This document shows positions 13,319-26,202 of a stretch of DNA of 64,000 bases, one piece after another. A model generated the notes under the pieces. It had not been told where the DNA came from. It saw nothing but the letters and a program-made list of their open reading frames with translations, and did not search any database. Source of the stretch: Macrostomum lignano (taxonomy: Eukaryota); NCBI GenBank assembly GCA_002269645.1, contig NIVC01002622.1, forward strand, positions 1 to 64,000, given 5' to 3'. The position numbers were made by a program, and so were the translations under genes. How positions within the stretch are numbered: position 1 is the stretch's first letter; each line of letters begins with the position of its first letter.

Positions 13319-14056
13319 TCAGTCAAAGGGCGACAGGCACTCGCACAGGCCGAGTCTGTTGCTGTTGGACTTTGGCGCGTCTCCAAAAGCATTACGGGCA
13401 AGAATTGCGTCTTCAACGCCACGCCCGTTGTCGGGCTCTCCGCTGTTCCACAGGCTGGCGTCCAAGCTGATGTCGCAGGCCACCCAGCGCCAGCCTCCGT
13501 CGGGCTCCACACTGCCCGGAGTCTGGAAGCCTCCGAGCCACATGGAGACGCCGCCAGCCTTCGTGTTGTAAACTTGTCCGATGGCAGCCATCTCGGCGCT
13601 GTCAGTCACGTCCGCCATGATCACCAGACCGCTCTCCGACTCGCACCTCTGTCTCTGCACTGCCCAGGTGTTGGTCGTAGTGAAGAGCTTGTACTTCACT
13701 CCGCAGTGGTCGTCTCCGAAGCCAGACGGACACAGCGCGCCCGCCTCGAGTCCCGGCTGCTGCTTCACAAACACCCGGCCTCTCCTGGAGCAGCCGCAGT
13801 GCGTCACCGACTTGCTGCACTTGTCGAACACGAACAGCTGGCACGGACCGTCAGCCAGGCTGAATGCCTGACAGCGCGGCTCCATGCTGCAGAGCAGCGA
13901 GCACTCGACGCTCAACTTGGCCAGAGGCTCGTTTCTGGTAAACTCGGGCCGGATGCAGAGCGAGCCGTTGATGGCGTGGAACACCTGGCCTGGGGACACA
14001 CCGGGTGAGCTCAGCAGCAGCAGCAGCAGCAGCGGCAGAAATTTCATTGATGTCAT
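13319..14056 (-). CDS. Intronless secreted protein: signal peptide + PAN/apple-like domain + C-type lectin-like domain (~242-245 aa; ATG at 14056 or 14047)
   Basis: GC-rich open frame. N-terminus MKFLPLLLLLLLSSPGVSP is hydrophobic. PAN motif CSLLCSMEPRCQAFSLADGPCQLF. CTLD hallmarks: TW..QRQRCES, MWLGG, GWRW, LWNSGEPDN, LCEC. The ORF-track start at 14071 is TTG, so I used the first ATG. Confidence 0.88.
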   Translation of the reverse strand: MTSMKFLPLLLLLLLSSPGVSPGQVFHAINGSLCIRPEFTRNEPLAKLSVECSLLCSMEPRCQAFSLADGPCQLFVFDKCSKSVTHCGCSRRGRVFVKQQPGLEAGALCPSGFGDDHCGVKYKLFTTTNTWAVQRQRCESESGLVIMADVTDSAEMAAIGQVYNTKAGGVSMWLGGFQTPGSVEPDGGWRWVACDISLDASLWNSGEPDNGRGVEDAILARNAFGDAPKSNSNRLGLCECLSPFD

Positions 14057-14394
14057 TTTAGAAACTTTCAAGTCTCTATGAAGCTTGGAATTTTTTTCGC
14101 TGCTGTCTTTTGGGCTCAGTTGAAAATGATGGCAAAAATATATTTTGCAGAAAGAGACACACTTTATGGCCTACATTGATGCTTAAAGCCTCATTGAGCA
14201 GATCAGCTCTGGCCAATAGAATGGATCGGTTTTAATCGTTGCTATAGGGAACTTCGCCGATTGGCCAAACGGATGAGCTGAGCTGCAGTCGCTTTCTGAC
14301 AAAATCTAACACGTTAAATGTCTGTGAAAGTTGTCCCTGACCTCAAAACTCCATCCTACGAGAGTAACAACGAGTTGGAAGTCAATAAATCTGT

Positions 14395-14621
<227 letters not shown>

Positions 14622-14689
14622 TTAAATTTTAAACTCATCGGTGGAATGTCAGATGTCAAGGCTCATTGGGGGAATCGCTAAGATGTCAT

Positions 14690-15810
14690 GGCTTACTGAG
14701 GGAATTTCTGAGATTTCAAGGCCATATGGGGGATGGCTGAATTGTTGGGCGGTTGTTGTGCGATTGTCAGATAGTCAAGTAGTACGGCTCAATTAAGCTC
14801 ATTTAATTCACATAATGAAAGAGTACACGTAAGTGATGCTGATTTTTGCTAAAAGAAAATACCTGCGTATTTATTAAAGGTTTTATTCTTTGAGCTAGGC
14901 TAATAAAGAGGGGTCTAAGGCAGAATGAGCTCCTCCTGCGGACCAGAATAAACCCAGACCAATGACGATCCGCACTAAGAGTTTTTGCTTGAAAAGATAA
15001 GCACTATTTGCTAATTGAGAAAGGGAAAGAAAAAGGAGAATGGGTAGACAAGCGCTAAACTGCTAAAAAGCCACCCGGAGGGGGGTTAAATGGCTAGTCT
15101 AATCTTCTAATCTTCTAATCTAAATATACTAAATCCAAATATACTAAATCTCTAAGATCTGTCTGTCTGTCTGTCTGTCTGTCCATCTGAAACGCTTTAG
15201 AGATTGCAATTCTTGACCAATTTTGATCGCTTTTTCGCCAAAAGATTTGTAATTATCTGGAAAGAAGACAGTTAAAATTTATTGTATCTGCTTCAATGCA
15301 AAAGGGATTAAATATTCGAAAAACATGCTTTTTTTGCAAAGGTGAAGCAGACTTTTCGACTTGAAATGCATTGTAAGAATGCTAGAGAAAAAACTGACTG
15401 GCTGAATTCTGATCCTGATAAAGATTGTTGCATCACAACAAGTTGAAAACACTGTGCCAAGTTAAAAGACAGAAATTTTGTAACCATATTGCTAACTTTA
15501 ATTGAGACTGATACTGACTGCCTGAGTATTTGATTATGTCATAGCTGCTTCGTGTGACTTTCACTGAAAGAGAATTTGTGTTAGTACTCGTGTAACGTTC
15601 TAGAGATCGAACCGATTGACCAATTTTAATCGCGTTTTCGCCAAAAGATTAGTAATTATCTGGAAAGAAGACAGTTAAAATTTCTGCAATCGGCTTTAAT
15701 GCGAAAGGTATTAAATATTCGAAAAACGAGTTTTCCCTATGCTTTTAATGGGAGGGCAAACTAGGTTGAATTCTTGACTGGCTGAATTCCAATTCCAATT
15801 ATGATTGCGC
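14690..15810. mobile_element. Dispersed non-autonomous repeat (microsatellite-bearing, Lep1/HINE-like layout); paralogues at ~23600-24480 (direct) and ~19790-20050 (inverted)
   Basis: 14690-15500 aligns by eye to 23600-24480. The block TTGACCAATTTT.ATCGC.TTTTCGCCAAA.GATT..TAATTATCTGGAAAGAAGACAG occurs at ~15210, ~15625 and ~24275; two copies sit next to (TCTG)n/ACTAAATC. The family assignment is inference. Confidence 0.55.
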
Positions 15811-15899
15811 CATAACTTTTCTCTCTCCACTGTGTAAGCTTCAATACTGGTTGCAGTGTGCAAGGAGAAAAAATGCTTAGTGACCCTGGCTCTGACTAT

Positions 15900-16300
15900 A
15901 ATTGCTATTTATAGATTTCACTCAATCAACTGTGCATTGGCTCCGCCTGTACGCCTACACACTGAGCAGCCTATCACTGCTATGTATTTTAACTGCAGTT
16001 CTGAAGCATATATGGCTGATTTTGTTGTCCTCCCATCAATAGGCGGAGTAGCCGCACTGTAGGCACTAGGACTAGGTTTAGGCTAGGCGTAAGGTCCAAG
16101 GTTCGAGTCTGAGTCGGCGGATAATTAAAATTAAGATAATTCAATAATTTATAGCTTGTGCCTCGACTAATTGGAACATTTTTTGATTAATTTCAGTTGA
16201 AACATTTTTTGTTAATTAGCAATTCATTTTTTGCTACTTGGCTCAAGCCACTAATCAAATTTGATTTGTTAAAACTGCTTCGAGTATAGCTAACTGACTA
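15900..16300. repeat. Dispersed repeat, paralogue at ~20300-20660
   Basis: Shared block ...CAATAGGCGGAGTAGCCGCACTGTAGGCACTAGGAC.AGGTTTAGG.TAGGCGTAAGGTCC... in both locations. Confidence 0.8.
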
Positions 16301-16329
16301 GCAATCTACGCCCACCGTTGGGGAGCCAA

Positions 16330-17400
16330 AGAAATGCAATACACGTTTTTTTAATATGCTACATGTATCCTTGAAATCTTAAAAAATCTCCTGTCAAACC
16401 TTGTAAGCCTTGACATGTCAGTAATTCCCCCCCACAAGCTTTAACATATCAACTCCCCCCCCCCTGACATCTCAGCAATGCCCCCAATAAGCCTTGAAAA
16501 TCTAAAAATATCTGTCAACCTTCTAACCCTAATCAAAACCTAACCCTAACTCTAACCCTAGCCTAACCCTAGCCCTAACCCTAACCCTAACCCTAACCCT
16601 AACCCTAAAGCATTGAAATTTCAGTAATTCTCTCTAAGAGTCATTATAGCACTACTACAGCATTATTGCGATTCCCTGCAAGCCTCGACATCGTAGGGAT
16701 TCCCAAATGAATCTCTTAACTTCGACATGAAGCTTCTTTTATTTTTTACATTACGCTTTTTTTATCAGCGATCCGTCCCCTGAGGAGGCATCAAATAATG
16801 TAATAAAAAGTTTTCAATAAACTACATGTAGCTTCTGGCTTTAGCCTTGAAATCTCATTTATACCCCAGTGAGCCTTGACATCTCAGCTATTCCCCCCCG
16901 TAAGCCTTGACATGTCAGCGATGGCCCCCATAAACCTTGAAATCTAAAAAATCCCCTGTTAACCTTGAAACCCGATAAAATATAACCCTCAACCCACACC
17001 TGACCTAAACCTAACTTTAACCCAACCTAAAGCCTTGAAATCTCAGCAATTCTTCTCCCCTAAGCCTTGGCATTTTAGTGATTCCTTCTTTAAGAATCAC
17101 CAGCACTATAACGATTTCCACCAAGCTTTGACATCGTAGCAATTCCCAAATGAATCTTTTAACTTCGACATGACCTTTCTTTTATGTATACTTAGTGCTA
17201 CTTTTATTTTTTACATGACTCTTCTTCTATCAGCGCCTCCCCCCGTGGCGAGCCAACAAAGAATGCAATAAAAAATTGAGTAAAGTACATGAACTTTGAA
17301 GTAGCTTCTGACTTTTGCTTTGACATCTCAGAACCACCCCCCCCCGTAATCTTAGTTATTCTCTGAGAGCCTTTACGTCTCAGTTTTTCTCCCAGCACAG
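16330..17400 (-). repeat. Degenerate ~30-bp satellite-like family (consensus ~AAGGCTCATGGGGGAATTGCTGAGATGTC on -) with embedded TTAGGG-like tracts; + strand copies at ~22150-23660, ~26470-27020, ~28150-28290
   Basis: Motif recurs dozens of times in both orientations; 16480-16760 resembles 16940-17200. Confidence 0.75.
16530..16607 (-). repeat. Interstitial telomere-like (TTAGGG)n tract, ~5 perfect plus several degenerate units
   Basis: ...CCCTAACCCTAACCCTAACCCTAACCCTAACCCTAA on + strand. Confidence 0.85.
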
Positions 17401-17409
17401 CATTATAAC

Positions 17410-19480
17410 TGCATTTAATTTTTACATGACACCTTCATGTCTGACATGACGCTTCTTTTATTCTACCATGATGCTTCTTAATTTTTTAAATGACACTTTC
17501 ATTAGTCTTTAAATGAGGCTTCTATGATTTTTCATGACGCTTCTATGATTTTTACATGATGCTTCTATGATTTTTTATATGACGCTTCTATGATTGTTTA
17601 TGGACAAGCGTGGTACCTGCGGTTTAGGCTACTGGTTTGTTGGTTTATTTTAATTTGATTAATCTAAGCTCGAGAGACTCCGGGCTTAGATTAAGCTAGA
17701 AGATTTCCTAGCTACCTTAAATTGGATGAATAGTTGTTACGATCTTAGGTTTACTTTGCTCTACTAATCTGCTATTACGTACTTTTATTTGGTAGGTCGC
17801 TGCCACCAGACTAATGCCCCTTATAATTAATGTTAAATTAAAATAAGTGAGACAAGAGTCAATTTCATATAAGATTATTTAGATCAAACAAACAAAAGAA
17901 ATATTATTAAACCAAATATGCAAAAGAAGGTATACAATTAATCCCTATGTTAACAATTCGGTAGACTCCGATTCTTAGTTAGACTAATGGTAGACTCCCT
18001 TAGTCTTTCCCTATGTTACCTAATTTATTCCTATTCTTCGGTAGACTCCGTTTTGACTAAGTGGTAGACTCCTTCTTAGCCTCCCTATTTTACCCTAACT
18101 TACCCTTAATTTCTGTTTTAGAATTTTTAGTATTTCTATCTTTATACAAGGGGAGACTCCCTTATATTTTGAGTTTGTGCTTTGAGACTTAGTCTCTGAA
18201 ATATTGTCCTGATGGACGGTCCTGAACGGATCCTTGACTGATTGTCCCGAACGGATGCTTTTCCCGAGGCTAAACAGCCTTTTACTAATAGAGGAACCCC
18301 GCTAATACTCGAATTCCCACAACTTCAGATATTTCCCCGAGGGTGAACTACTAACAGTAGCGTAAAAGCAAAACTGCTTATTCTCGATTTCGGAAAACTA
18401 AAATAATTATCTCGACGAATCGGAAACCTTGGCAAACGCCCTTAGCAAAACTGCTTGAACTAAACCCCCCTACTACATTTATATGACGCTTCTATGCTTT
18501 TTACATGACGCTTCTATGATTGTTTACATGACGCTTCCATGATTGTTTACATGACGCTTCTATGATTTTTACATGACGCTTCTATGATTTTTTACATGAC
18601 GCTTCTATGATTGTCTACATGACGCTTCTATGCTTTTTCCATGACGCTTCTATGATTGTTTACATGACGCTTCTATGCTTTTTAGATGACGCTTCTATGA
18701 TTGTTTATATGACGCTTCTATGATTGTTTACATGACGCTTCTATGATTTTTTACATGACGCTACTATGATTTTTACATGACGCTTCTATGATTGTTTACA
18801 TGACGCTTCTATGATTGTTTATATGACGTTTCTATGCTTTTTATATGACGCTTCTTCGATTTTTTACATGACGCTTCTATGATTTTTTACATAACGCTTT
18901 TTTATGATTGTTTACACGACGCTTCTATGATTTTTTACATAACGCTTTTTTATGATTGTTTACACGACGCTTCTATGATTGTTTACATGACGCTTCTATG
19001 ATTTTTTCATGACGCTTCTATGATTGTTTACATGACGCTTCTATGATTGTTTACATGACGCTTCTATGGCTTTTACATGACGCTTATATTTTTTACATGA
19101 CGCTTCTATGATTGTTTACATGACGCTTCTATGATTTTTACATGACGCTTCTATGACTGTTTACATGACGCTTCTATGATTTTTACATAACGCTTTTATG
19201 ATTTTTTACATGACGCTTCTAGGATTGTTTACATGACGCTTCTATGATTGTTTACATGACGCTTCTATGATTTTTTACATGACGCTTGTATGATTTTTAC
19301 ATGACGCTTCTATGATTGTTTACATGACGCTTCTATGATTTTTACATAACGCTTTTATGATTGTTTACATTACGCTTCTATGATTTTTACATAACGCTTT
19401 TATGATTTTTTACATGACGCTTCTATGATTTTTTACATAACGCTTTTATGATTTTTTACATGACGCTTCCATGATTTTTT
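17410..19480. repeat. ~22-24 bp minisatellite TACATGACGCTTCTATGATT(G/T)TT, split by the solo LTR (parts ~17410-17600 and 18478-19480)
   Basis: Direct inspection; ~40 units in the right part. Confidence 0.95.
17601..18477 (-). mobile_element. Solo LTR (877 bp) inserted in the minisatellite
   Basis: TG...CA termini (TGGAC...CTACA) and an exact 4-bp target-site duplication TTTA (17597-17600, 18478-18481). Removing it restores the minisatellite phase. TATAAAG (~18140) and AATAAA (~17790, ~17650) lie on the - strand. Confidence 0.8.
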
Positions 19481-21857
19481 AGTTTTTTTGGCGTTAAAAA
19501 ACTTTAATTAAAAAAACTCTCTAAAAATTTGAACCATCGTCCCTGCATTTAGCAGTCAGTCTGTTTACCTCTAGGCTAGCTCTCATCGTTTTGATAACAT
19601 GAATTTTATCACTTCTATAATATAATTATAAGTTTCAAAACTCCAAGCATAGAGTAAATCACACGAAGCAGTTATGACATAATCATATGGTTACGCAATT
19701 TAAATCAAGTCTGGTGCTACGCTTCCACACTGCATTTTCAATTCAAGTCGGAGTTACAATTCAGTTATGATGCAATCTATTTCAGAATCAGAATCAACCA
19801 GTCAGTTTTTTCTCTAGCATTCTTACAATGCATTTCAAGTCGAAAAGTTTGCTTGACCTTTGCAAAAAAGCATGTTTTTCGAATATTTTATGCCTTTAGC
19901 ATCGAGCAATTTCTTAGCCACGATGCATGTACCGTCACGGGAAAATTTCTGATCGAACAGTGCAAGTCTCATGAAAATCGGTCCAGCCATTTTTTCTCTA
20001 ATCGATTGCGTACAAACAAACAAACAAGCAAGATTTTCATTTTTAGTATATTGGATCCCATCAATGGGTATTGTCTAGCTCCATAAAAGTACTAAATTAC
20101 TAAACTGCAGACAATGCTGCTAAATTGCTTAAAGGTATTGCTAAATGCTGAGCTTTTCAAGACTGCCGATATGTATCGAAAATTGATTAGTGAGCCGTAG
20201 AATGCTGAGCAAATTGCAGTTTTCTGAGGGGTCTGAGGTGCCAGCTAGAGAAGAACTGCAGATTGTGATGTAGTTCCTCCAGACTTAAATCTAATTTATA
20301 GATTTCACTTAACTGCGCATTGGCTCTGCCTGCATGTAACCCGTGCACTAAGCAGCCTATCACTGCTGTGTATTTGACTGCAGTGCCAAAGCATATATGG
20401 CTGATTTTGTTGCCCTCCGATCAATAGGCGGAGTAGCCGCACTGTAGGCACTAGGACCAGGTTTAGGATAGGCGTAAGGTCCCAGGTTTGAGTCTGCCTC
20501 GCAGCGGACAATTAAAATTGAACTAATTATTTCATTTTAGCTTGTGCTTCGACTAATTGGAACTTTTATGCTTAATTAACAAGGCACACTAAATGAACTA
20601 CATGTATTTTTGCTATTTAGCACAAGTCGCTAAGCAAAGTTGATTTGTAAAAACTGCTTCGAGTACATTTATTACGAGCGTACTGATCCCATCAATGGGT
20701 ATATGGCATAGTACCATGAAAGTATGAAATTGCTAAACTCCAGACGATTCTGAAAAAACTGCTCACGGTATTGCAAAATGCTGAGTTTTGCAAGACTGCC
20801 GATATGTATCGAAAATTTATTAGTGAGCCGTAAAATTCTGAGCAAATTACAGTTTCCTGAGGAGACTGAGGAGCCGGCCGAGAGGAGAACTGCAGGCTGC
20901 TGAGAGGATGAATGAAAATCGTTAATGGAACAGTTGTAGACTGCAAATGGAATGACTGCAGACTGCTGAGGGGAACTGCAGACTGTCGAAGGAATCATTG
21001 CAGATTGCAAAGGGGAAACATCTGCAAACTGCTGAGGTAGTTCCTCCAGACGTATGCGCGTATAGCTGCAGACTGCTGAGAGGGAAAAACTGCGGACTAA
21101 TTAGAGGATAATGGCAGACTTCTGAGGGTAATAACTAACTATTGAGTTTTGAGTGCAGATATTAACTGTGGAAGATTAAGTACAAGTTGTTGAGGGGATT
21201 ATCGCGGGCTGCTAAGTGAAATATTTTTTGCTAAGGGGACAATTCTATGAGCTGAGGGTATACATGCTTAATTTTAATAAAAGTTGTAGAATGCAAAGTG
21301 GATGATAAATGCTGGCTGTTAAAAAATAACTGCAGCCTTTTTGCGAGATTCGATGCAGGGATAATTTCAGGTTATTGTGGGTATAAATGCGGGGTTAACT
21401 TCAAACGGCTGAAGTTGCTAAACTAGATTATTTCGACCACATGTCAATAGGCACAACAGCCGCAGTAGGCAGGCAGTATCCGGCAGAAGCTAAGCAGAAT
21501 GCTTTGATGTCAGCAGTTCGAGCCTGCATTGAAGCAGCGAATTTATCTTTGTGACCTGTGACAATAATGATTGTATCCTATGCAGATTCATGGAGATGTT
21601 AAACACTTAAATTTAAAGATACTTTTGCTGGGGGGGGGGGGCTGCGTTAGTCTTCTAGAGCAGTGCTAATCTGCTGTAAGTGCTAATTTGCAAAGAGTCT
21701 AATCTAAGGGGCTAATCTGACGTACAATGAAGTAATAAATATGTAAGAGGATTGCAAATCAAATTTAAACTGCAAGTGGCAAACATTTCAAATGGTTTCG
21801 ATTATTGAGAAGCATATGGAGATCAGTGGCCATCTGCTCCCAGATTTTGCGGAACAG

Positions 21858-22050
21858 TGCCGGTGAACCATTGCTAAACTGCTGATGAAGCATTGCTGAA
21901 CTGCTGGTGAACCATTGCTGAACTGCTGGTGAAGCATTGCTAAACTGCTGGTGAAGCATTGCTGAACTGCTGGTGAAGCATTGCTGAACTGCTGGTGAAG
22001 CATTGCTAAACTGCTGGTGAAGCATTGCTGAACTGCTGGTGAAGCATTGC
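21858..22050. repeat. 22-bp minisatellite CTGCTGGTGAAGCATTGCTGAA (~8-9 units)
   Basis: Direct inspection. Confidence 0.95.
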
Positions 22051-24833
22051 TTAAGTTGTGGTGAAATATTGTATTTTTTTAAATAAATGCTTCTTTTAAA
22101 GAGAAGAAAGCGCAATGCAAGAAAAAGCAAAAAAAGAATCACCATGTCAATCATAAAAGAGGCGCACTGTCGAACATAAAAGACTCATTGGGAATTTTTA
22201 AGACTGCTATGACTATTGCTACGAGCGTAAGGCTGGTATGGGAAATTGCTGTGATATCAAGACTCATGGGAGAATTTCTAAGATCTCAAGGCTCAGGGAA
22301 TTGCTACAATGATGTGATTCTGGGGAAAATTGCTTTGATTTGAAGGTTTATTTGGGAAATTGCTGAGGTATCAAGGCTTAGTAACAATGCTTTGCGGTCA
22401 AGGCTCATGGAGATAATTACTGGAATGCTGTGGCTGTTGGGGGAATTGCCGACATTGTTAGGGTAAGAGTAAGGCGTAAACCGTAAATGAATTGGCCTGT
22501 CAAACATAAAAAACTCATCGAGGAATGTCAAAGCTCATGGGGGGTATCTGAATTATACTGTAGCTCAATGCTCAGGGGAATTGTTGTGATTGCAACACTT
22601 AGGATTATTTGGGAACTTTTGTGGCTAAAAATGAGTTGCTGAGATATCAAGGCTCATTGGGGAATCGCTGAGATGTCAAAGCTTACGGGGGATCCCTGTA
22701 ATGCTGTGGGCTGTGACTCTTGTGTATTGCTAAGATGCCAAGGTTCACAGGGGAATGGCTGAGATTTCAAAGGCTCCTAAAGGGAATAGCTGAAATTCAC
22801 GAAATGTCAAGGTTCATTGGGTAATTGTTGAAATGCTGTGGTTCATAGTGGGAAAAGCTGAAATGCTGTGACTTGGCAGGGTTAGGGTTCAATCATCGTT
22901 TCGTGTGAAAGTGCCAAGATATCAAAAGGTTAGTCCCTCAATTTTCTGGCTCATGGGAAATTGCTAAGATTTCAAAAGCTCATTGGGGAATTTCTGAAAT
23001 TCTTGGGCTGAGAGGGAGTTGCTGAAATGCTGTGACTCGGCTGCAGGTAAAGGGTTATGGTTTGGGTTCAATTATAGAGCGATCGTCGTGTCAATCATAA
23101 ATGATTCATCAAGGAATTGCTAAGATTAAAGTCTTGGGGGCGAATTACTTAAATGCTTTGGCTCTTCGATAATTGCTGACAGGTCAAGGCTTTCGGTGAA
23201 ATTTAGATTTCAAAGCTTATGAGGAAGTTACTTTAATGCTGAGGTTCAAGGCTCATGAGGGGGAATAGCTAACATGCCTAGACTCACTTATGGGTTAGGG
23301 CTAGGGGCTTAGGGTCAGTTTTGGTTCAATCATAGATTAACCGCTGTCAACCATCAATTAAAGAGTTGCTAAGATGAGAATTGCTATATTGCTTGATATC
23401 GTAAGATATCAAGGCTCATGTGCGGAATCGCTGAGTTGACAAGGATCATGAAGAAATTGCTGAGATATCAAGGCTCATAAAGGTATTGCTGAATTCTTGG
23501 GGGAGGGGAGTTGGGTTGTTGAGATGTCAAGGCTTACTGGGCTGGGAGAATTGCGGAGATGTCAAGGCTCGAGTTTAATTGCTGCGATGTCGATCTTAAT
23601 GAGGGAATTTCTGAGATTTCAAGGCCTACTGGGTAATTGCTGAGATATCAAGGCTCATGGGGGATGGCTGAATTGTTGGGGGAAGGGGGTTAGGTTGTTG
23701 AGCGATTGTCAGATCGTCAAGTAGGACGGCTCAAGTAGCTCATTTAATTCAGATAATGAGTGATGCAAACACACAAGTGATGCTGATTTTTGCTAATAGG
23801 AAATATCAGCGTATTTATTAAAGGTTTGGTTCTCCGAGTTAGGCTAATAAAGAGGGGTCTAACTCTAAGGCCGTCAGGGATTTACACATTGAGCTCCTGC
23901 TGCGGACCAGAATATGCCCAGGCCAATGACGATATGCACTAAGAGTTTGATTGAGAAAGGGTTTTAGGCTGATGTCGGAAACTTTTTTGGCTGGTGAAAG
24001 TTTTGATTCATGGCAATTTATCTTTGCCAAAAATCAGAAAAAGTAATTTTTGATCAATGGAAATCAACATTTTGGATAATTAGTAAGGTTATATACTCTT
24101 GGGCCAAAATAAAAACCACTTTCATTTTAAATGCTGGGGTGTCATTTTTAAGGCCACCCAGCGGGGGGCTAAATGGCTAGTCTAAATATACTAAATCTTT
24201 AAGGTTTTTATGATTGTTAGTCTGTTTTTTTGTTTGTCTGTCTGTCTGTAACACTCTAGAGATTGAACCGATTGACCAATTTTGATCGCGTTTTCGCCAA
24301 ACGATTTTTAATTATCTGGAAAGAAGACAGTCAAAATTTCTTGTATCTGCTTCAAAGCTAAAGGTATTAAATATTCAAAAAGCGAGTTTTCATAATGCTT
24401 TTAATGGGAAGCCAAACAAGGTTGAATTCTTGACTGGCTGAATTTCAATTTCAATTCCAATAATGATTGCATCATAACTGGGTACTGAATATTCTCGTTA
24501 TAAACTGACTAAACTGAAGGCAGTGTGCCAAGCATTGCGCATGCACTCTGGAGCGAGAGAAATCAGCCAGTGCATTTTAAAAGTATTTTAACTATTGATG
24601 GTGTACAATATTGTATTTTGTAAATTTATAGTCCTTACATCTGTCTATAATTTTCGCTATATGGAACGAAAGCATTTCGCTCTACAGACTGAATGCCTGA
24701 AGGGCCATTGGAGGGGCAGAGTGCAGTGCTGGCTGGGTGCAAAGGTGAGAAAAATAATCAGTGGTCGCGTGAATACATTCAGGTCATGTGAACCTGTCTG
24801 ACTGGTAGTGACTCAGCTAACTAATTAATATGA

Positions 24834-25297
24834 TGAGCACGAGATTTTCCCGCCGAGCTTTTCCCGCCGAGATTTACTCGCAGTGAATTTTGCCCGCGAG
24901 CGAATTGCACGCCGAGTTTTTTCCCGCCGAGGTTTGCCCGCAATGCTTTTCCTGCAGCGCATTTAGCCACGCGGCAGATTTTGTCTGCATTGCCTCCCCA
25001 ATGCTTAATAAGTCTTAATAAAGAGATTTACCCGATTCTTGTAGGTATTCAGTTCTAGATACATACAGGGGTACATCGGTGAGCTATTAATTCATGTATA
25101 TGCCGTGTCGCTTTCTCCCCTAAATCTCTTTATTAAAACTTACGCGGTACTAAGCATTGGGGGGGGGGGAGGCAATGCAGACAGAATCTAGCTGCCATAA
25201 ATGCACTGCAGGAAAAAAGCACTACGGGCAAACCTCGGCGGGAAATAAACTCGGCGGGCAGTTCGCTCGCGGGCAATTCGTCTGTGGGCAATTGTCA
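24834..25297. mobile_element. Foldback-type MITE with ~200 bp imperfect inverted arms containing CCCGCCGAG/CGCGGGCAA subrepeats
   Basis: 24900-25030 is reverse-complementary to ~25125-25280 by eye. A second family member in opposite orientation is at 32718-33124. No TSD established. Confidence 0.75.
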
Positions 25298-25671
25298 TGG
25301 ACTCATTAATGTTCCTCTGCCTTGACTGTACGTTGCAATCAAATTTTAGCACTATGGGCGTATTTTACTGACTGCTCGTGACTGCCCGACCAAGTGCCCA
25401 TTAAATTAAAAATAATAGTAAGCCCGTATAAAGGCTTTTCTTTAATAGTAGACTTGTTGTAGGCAGATGAAGCAGGCTAAGCAGAAGATTGACAGTTCGA
25501 GTTTGCATTAAAGCAGAGAATTGATCTCTGTAACCTGTGACAATAGTAATTATCTCCCATGCAGATTCATGCGGATTTTTTATTTCAATTTAAATATTTT
25601 TTCAGGGACTGTGTTAATTTTCTAGAGCAGTGCCAATCTGCTGTAAGTGCTAGTTTGCAAAGAGTATTATT

Positions 25672-26202
25672 AATCTGGGGGAGCAGTACTAATCTGGGGG
25701 AGCAGTGCTAATCTGGGGGAGCAGTGCTAATCTGGGGAGCAGTGCTAATCTGGGGGTGGCAGTGCTAATCTGGGAGGGGGCAGTGCTAATCTGGGAGGGG
25801 CAGTGCTAATCTGGGGAGCAGTACTAATCTGGGGGAGCAGTGCTAATCTGGGGAAGCAGTGCTAATCTGGGGGAGCAGTGCTAATCTGGGGGTGGCAGTG
25901 CTAATCTGGGAGGGGCAGTGCTAATCTGGGAGTGGGCAGTGCTAATCTGGGGGAGCAGTACTAATCTGGGGGGTGGCAGTGCTAATCTGGGAGGGGGCAG
26001 TGCTAACCTAGGGGAGCAGCGCTAATCTGGGGGGCAGTGCTAATCTGGGGGAGCAGTGCTAATCTGGGGGGTGGCAGTGCTAATCTGGGAGGGGGCAGTG
26101 CTAACCTAGGGGAGCAGCGCTAATCTGGGGGGCAGTGCTAATCTGGGGGAGCAGTGCTAATCTGGGAGGGGGCAGTGCTAATTTGGGGGAGCTGTGCTAA
26201 TC
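25672..26202. repeat. G-rich ~19-22 bp minisatellite GCAGTGCTAATCTGGGGGA (~26 units)
   Basis: Direct inspection. Confidence 0.95.

Noticed and set aside
12890-14008. 372-aa + strand ORF
   Set aside because: Antisense shadow of the GC-rich PAN-CTL gene, with no recognisable motifs.
16530-16607. True telomere or chromosome end
   Set aside because: Only ~5 perfect units, embedded in a dispersed repeat with flanking sequence on both sides.
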